This document shows, one piece after another, positions 60,572-64,000 of a stretch of DNA of 64,000 nucleotides. Location: positions 1,440,001-1,504,000 of the forward strand of contig CAVWGN010000001.1 of the NCBI GenBank assembly GCA_963754655.1. Direction: 5' to 3'. A program made the position numbers and the translations under genes. The stretch comes from an uncultured Chlamydiae bacterium (GTDB lineage: Bacteria > Chlamydiota > Chlamydiia > Chlamydiales > Parachlamydiaceae). The notes under the pieces are model-generated. The model was not told the origin of the DNA and searched no databases. It was given only the letters and a program-made list of their open reading frames with translations. Position 1 is the first letter of the stretch; each line of letters opens with the position of its first letter.

Positions 60572-61327
60572 ATGTGGAATTATTTTTCATTTAGCCAATT
60601 GATACCAAACGTTTCATTAGGCCAATTTATTCCAGCTGTCCCTAAGAGCTTTTATTCTTCAGCAGGTTCTACCTTTATAGCTGCTGCTGTTGGAGGAACA
60701 TACGGTTTTCTAGGACGTATCATTTATCCCAATGCTGGCATTTCTCCTTTGCACTACGCTGTTTGGTTTGCCCTTGCTTTTCGAGTAAAACAAGTCATTT
60801 TTTCACTAGAAAAGAATTTGGAGCAATTTCTTGGAGAGGAAACAGATTTAGAGCGATTTAAGGATGTTCCAAAAGATCAATTAGAGGGGTGTGACTTCAT
60901 CCGTTTGCATTGTTGGGAAGTGATGGGGTTAACAAATCAAACATTGAAACAAATTGATCACGTGTTTTCCAGATTGTTCAATATTCGTCCTGCTGAAGAA
61001 ATTACAGCCGACAATGTGGCAGATGCCTCATTTTTCGAAATGTGTCGCTATCGCATCTGGCCTATTTTTAAAATGACTATTTTAGATACATTAAGCTTTG
61101 CATTAGCGCATCGTTTGTCCAATAGCATCAATTTTACCATTCCCGATCAAACTGCCGTTCAACTTCTTCTTGTCATTCGCTCTATTGTACAAGATATTAT
61201 TCTGATTCCCGCTCTCTATATGTATGCTCGAATTTGTAATCAAATTGCGGATCATTTAATTGATGATGATGATGGAATGGCTGCTTATTGGGTAGAGTGG
61301 ATTCATTGGTGTTTACCCGCTTTATAA
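60572..61327 (+). CDS. Hypothetical membrane protein, paralogue of the previous gene
   Basis: Paired hydrophobic segments; W.V...D.VFSRLFNIR..EI. Confidence 0.75.
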   Translation: MWNYFSFSQLIPNVSLGQFIPAVPKSFYSSAGSTFIAAAVGGTYGFLGRIIYPNAGISPLHYAVWFALAFRVKQVIFSLEKNLEQFLGEETDLERFKDVPKDQLEGCDFIRLHCWEVMGLTNQTLKQIDHVFSRLFNIRPAEEITADNVADASFFEMCRYRIWPIFKMTILDTLSFALAHRLSNSINFTIPDQTAVQLLLVIRSIVQDIILIPALYMYARICNQIADHLIDDDDGMAAYWVEWIHWCLPAL

Positions 61328-62044
61328 GAACCTATTGCCAGCATTTAAGGGGAAGAGATTCAAAGTTTCTAAAGTTCCATTGCGTAATTCATATTGGCGC
61401 GAACATAGCGCGGCCAATTCGCGATCATGAGTCACCAGAAGAAGTGCTTTAGAGGGATTGTGAGCAAAACTAATCAGGATGTTGTGAATCAATTGTGCAG
61501 TTTGACTATCTAAATTGCCAGAGGGTTCATCTGCTAAAATCAAACATGGATCATTACACATAGCGCGAGCTAAAGCGACTCTTTGTTTTTCTCCACCCGA
61601 TAGCAGCTTAGTGTGAAAATGAGCACGATCTGATAATCCCACTTTCTCTAATAAAAATAACGCTCTTTTTTCTGCTCGGCTTCCTTTTCCAATAGGCTGA
61701 CGTGCAATGTGAGCTGGCATCAAGACATTTTCTAAAGCTGTATAATCTTCTAAAAGATGAAAAGATTGAAAGACAAATCCAATTTTTTCATTGCGCAAAC
61801 GTGTCCGGTTATAAGGGGTGACTTTCTCTTTCTCTATATATAATCCCCCGGCGCAAGGATCTTCCAGCGTTCCTAAAATTTGAAGTAAGGTGCTTTTGCC
61901 TTCGCCAGATCGTCCAACAATTGCAACAGATTCACCCGCAGCGATTTCAAGAGAAATTTCTTTTAAAATTTGAACGGTTTTAGGATGGTAAAATGCTTTG
62001 CTAATGTTTTGGGCAACGAGTAAGGGGGCGGAAGAGTGTGTCAT
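61322..62044 (-). CDS. lolD: Lipoprotein-releasing ABC transporter ATPase
   Basis: [42 protein letters not shown]. Confidence 0.85.
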   Translation of the reverse strand: MTHSSAPLLVAQNISKAFYHPKTVQILKEISLEIAAGESVAIVGRSGEGKSTLLQILGTLEDPCAGGLYIEKEKVTPYNRTRLRNEKIGFVFQSFHLLEDYTALENVLMPAHIARQPIGKGSRAEKRALFLLEKVGLSDRAHFHTKLLSGGEKQRVALARAMCNDPCLILADEPSGNLDSQTAQLIHNILISFAHNPSKALLLVTHDRELAALCSRQYELRNGTLETLNLFPLNAGNRFL

Positions 62045-62047
62045 TCT

Positions 62048-64000
62048 TTAACCTCCACCCGATCTTAAAATATGAGAGGGGCGTAGGAGGCAGGCTTTAA
62101 TGGCAGGAACAATTCCAGCGAGTAATGAAATACAGACCGTTGCAATGATAACAAATGAAAGTGCTTCAAAACTTAGTTCAGAAGGTAAAACTTGCCCATA
62201 TAAATTTGCGCTAAACATCTCATGTCCCTGTAACTTACTTAATAATGCAACTAAGGTGTCAAGGTGCTGTAATGTCAAAATGGCTGCTACAATGCCTGCT
62301 ACACTGCCCAAGATTCCAATAATGGCTCCTGAAAGCCCAAAAATCAAGGCAATGCTTTTGGAAGAAGCCCCCATCGAACGTAAGATACCGATTTCTATTT
62401 TTTTATCATTCACTAAAATGATTAACATGGAAATAATGTTGGAGCATGCCACCAAAATAATGACAACTGCTATTAGCATAAAAAGATTTTTTTGACTTTG
62501 CAGTTCGCGCATAATTTCTTTTGTAAATTCATATTCGCGGTAAGTTTCAATATTCCAATAGCGACTGATTCCTTTTTCTTTTAAGATTTGCACTAATTGA
62601 GCTTTGACAGAATCGGCTTGATCCAAATAATGAAATCGCACATTGATGCCATTTGTCAGAGCGGCTTTGTCTTCTTGTTGGTGAGAAGCGCGAATCAAAG
62701 AAGTGATCTCTTGATTGGCTAAAATAAATTTTCCACCAATTGGAATGATTCCTGGATCATAAAACCCTGCCACATAAACGGGAATTTGTTGTTCTTGCAA
62801 CATACTGGCCGTGGGAGATAAATAACGGAGCGAGCCTCGATCTCCCATCATAACGCCAACATCACGAAAGCTTTTTGGAAGGACAATGCCCTCGCCTATA
62901 TCAGGATCATTTGGCAATGCAAAGGTAGGGGTTCCATTGGCCAACTTGAGTTGATGAACCCACAAAGGAATTTCTTCGCCAGAAGGTATTTGTGTATCTG
63001 CAACAGCAATTTCCAAGCCGCGGTAAGGAACGCTTCCTTTTAACAAAGAGCCTTGGATAGGGACTTCGACTTCAAAGCGCAAATCATCGATTTGCCTTGC
63101 TCGATCAATAGAAGCTCGATCAAGTTGAGCTGCAAAGGGAGATCCTCCTGCAAAAGTCAAATTGAAATGAGTCAAATATTGAGGCTCTTGTCCAGATAAA
63201 ATAACCGAAAGAAGACCCTCTTCTTCTTTTTTGGTTCGTCCAGAAATAACAGTCAATCCTTGTTCTTCTAAATCGGCTTGAAGGGCAAGTAGTCGCTGAG
63301 TTTGCTGAGGAACAATGAGTCGTACAACTTGTTGCTCTTTCAAAATGGCGCACACTTCCCATTCAAACTGGGAAGGAAGTAAATAGCGGGGAATGTTCCA
63401 ACCAGCCGGACGGGATTGTAATTGTTTGATGATGACAGATCCAAAGAAGTTTTTTAAACGTCTCTGCAAAATATCGGGTTGGAATAAATTTTTTTTTCCT
63501 TCCGCTCCTTCACTGAGGTCTTGATTGGCAATTCCCATTAAATCAAGCAAATTATTGAAATCCTGCCTTTCGACGGAGAGAAGAGTCTTTCCTAAGTAAA
63601 GATTATCTGATTCAAAATTGCCTAAATAAGCAGGATAAGACAATGCCGATTGTGTTGTTCCACCATAAACGTTGCTGGCATGTAGAATGGTTGTATGGCG
63701 TAAAAGACGGAGCTCGATATGAGTAGCTGTTAGTTCAAAATCTTGCCCATGCAGACCAGCGACATTTGGAACTTCATTCAAAGAAGCATAGACAAGCTTG
63801 ACAAGATCTTTAAGCGTACCATCAGAATTGCGATCAGGATTTGGCCAATAGGCGGGAATTTCTTCGTCTACTTCAGGATTATAAGGATCTGTGAGCAGGG
63901 AATTGTGTTTCTCTCGAATAGTTTTATGAGAATAATTAGAAGCTTCGCTAATGCTGTCTATAAGATAGTAATAAGAATGATAATAGGCATCTGTGGGAAT
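62048..64000 (-). CDS. LolC/E (FtsX-like) lipoprotein-releasing permease, 5' end outside the window
   Basis: LVACSNIISML...KKIEIGILRSMGAS...PAIKA. The frame is open from 63781 to the window edge, so the TTG in the track is not the start. Confidence 0.85.
   Translation of the reverse strand: MPTDAYYHSYYYLIDSISEASNYSHKTIREKHNSLLTDPYNPEVDEEIPAYWPNPDRNSDGTLKDLVKLVYASLNEVPNVAGLHGQDFELTATHIELRLLRHTTILHASNVYGGTTQSALSYPAYLGNFESDNLYLGKTLLSVERQDFNNLLDLMGIANQDLSEGAEGKKNLFQPDILQRRLKNFFGSVIIKQLQSRPAGWNIPRYLLPSQFEWEVCAILKEQQVVRLIVPQQTQRLLALQADLEEQGLTVISGRTKKEEEGLLSVILSGQEPQYLTHFNLTFAGGSPFAAQLDRASIDRARQIDDLRFEVEVPIQGSLLKGSVPYRGLEIAVADTQIPSGEEIPLWVHQLKLANGTPTFALPNDPDIGEGIVLPKSFRDVGVMMGDRGSLRYLSPTASMLQEQQIPVYVAGFYDPGIIPIGGKFILANQEITSLIRASHQQEDKAALTNGINVRFHYLDQADSVKAQLVQILKEKGISRYWNIETYREYEFTKEIMRELQSQKNLFMLIAVVIILVACSNIISMLIILVNDKKIEIGILRSMGASSKSIALIFGLSGAIIGILGSVAGIVAAILTLQHLDTLVALLSKLQGHEMFSANLYGQVLPSELSFEALSFVIIATVCISLLAGIVPAIKACLLRPSHILRSGGG

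Noticed and set aside
63781..64000. Truncated or frameshifted lolC/E
   Set aside because: Manual translation shows the frame is open to the window edge; the gene simply starts outside the window.

Overview
AT-rich, gene-dense chromosomal segment of an environmental chlamydia (Parachlamydiaceae/Protochlamydia-like). The assignment rests on the omcA-omcB cysteine-rich envelope locus and on gene clusters typical of Chlamydiae (dnaN-recF-smpB, apbE-folD, maf/HEAT/lptD, dxs-xseB-xseA, tpiA-secG, def, lolD-lolC/E). Single effector-like genes sit between the housekeeping genes: macrodomain, F-box, permuted papain-like, calpain-like Cys protease, PTPMT1-like phosphatase, MIU-motif protein and an HEPN-like protein. 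The most striking feature is non-coding. Several families of GC-rich palindromic miniature elements (MITE/REP-like) are inserted into one another. At 39938-41889 they form a ~1.95 kb 'Russian doll' in which two composite units, each bounded by a ~143-bp element and flanked by its own exact 9-bp target duplication, are nested one inside the other. At 16431-17002 a 178-bp-arm palindrome sits inside a second element whose empty form occurs at 41140-41305. No intact transposase is in the window, but a decayed IS200-type (HUH) TnpA remnant appears to lie next to one hairpin unit at ~29.5 kb. omcB is split by a single frameshift. No rRNA, tRNA, tmRNA or CRISPR array was recognised. All calls are by eye from motifs; no database searches were run.
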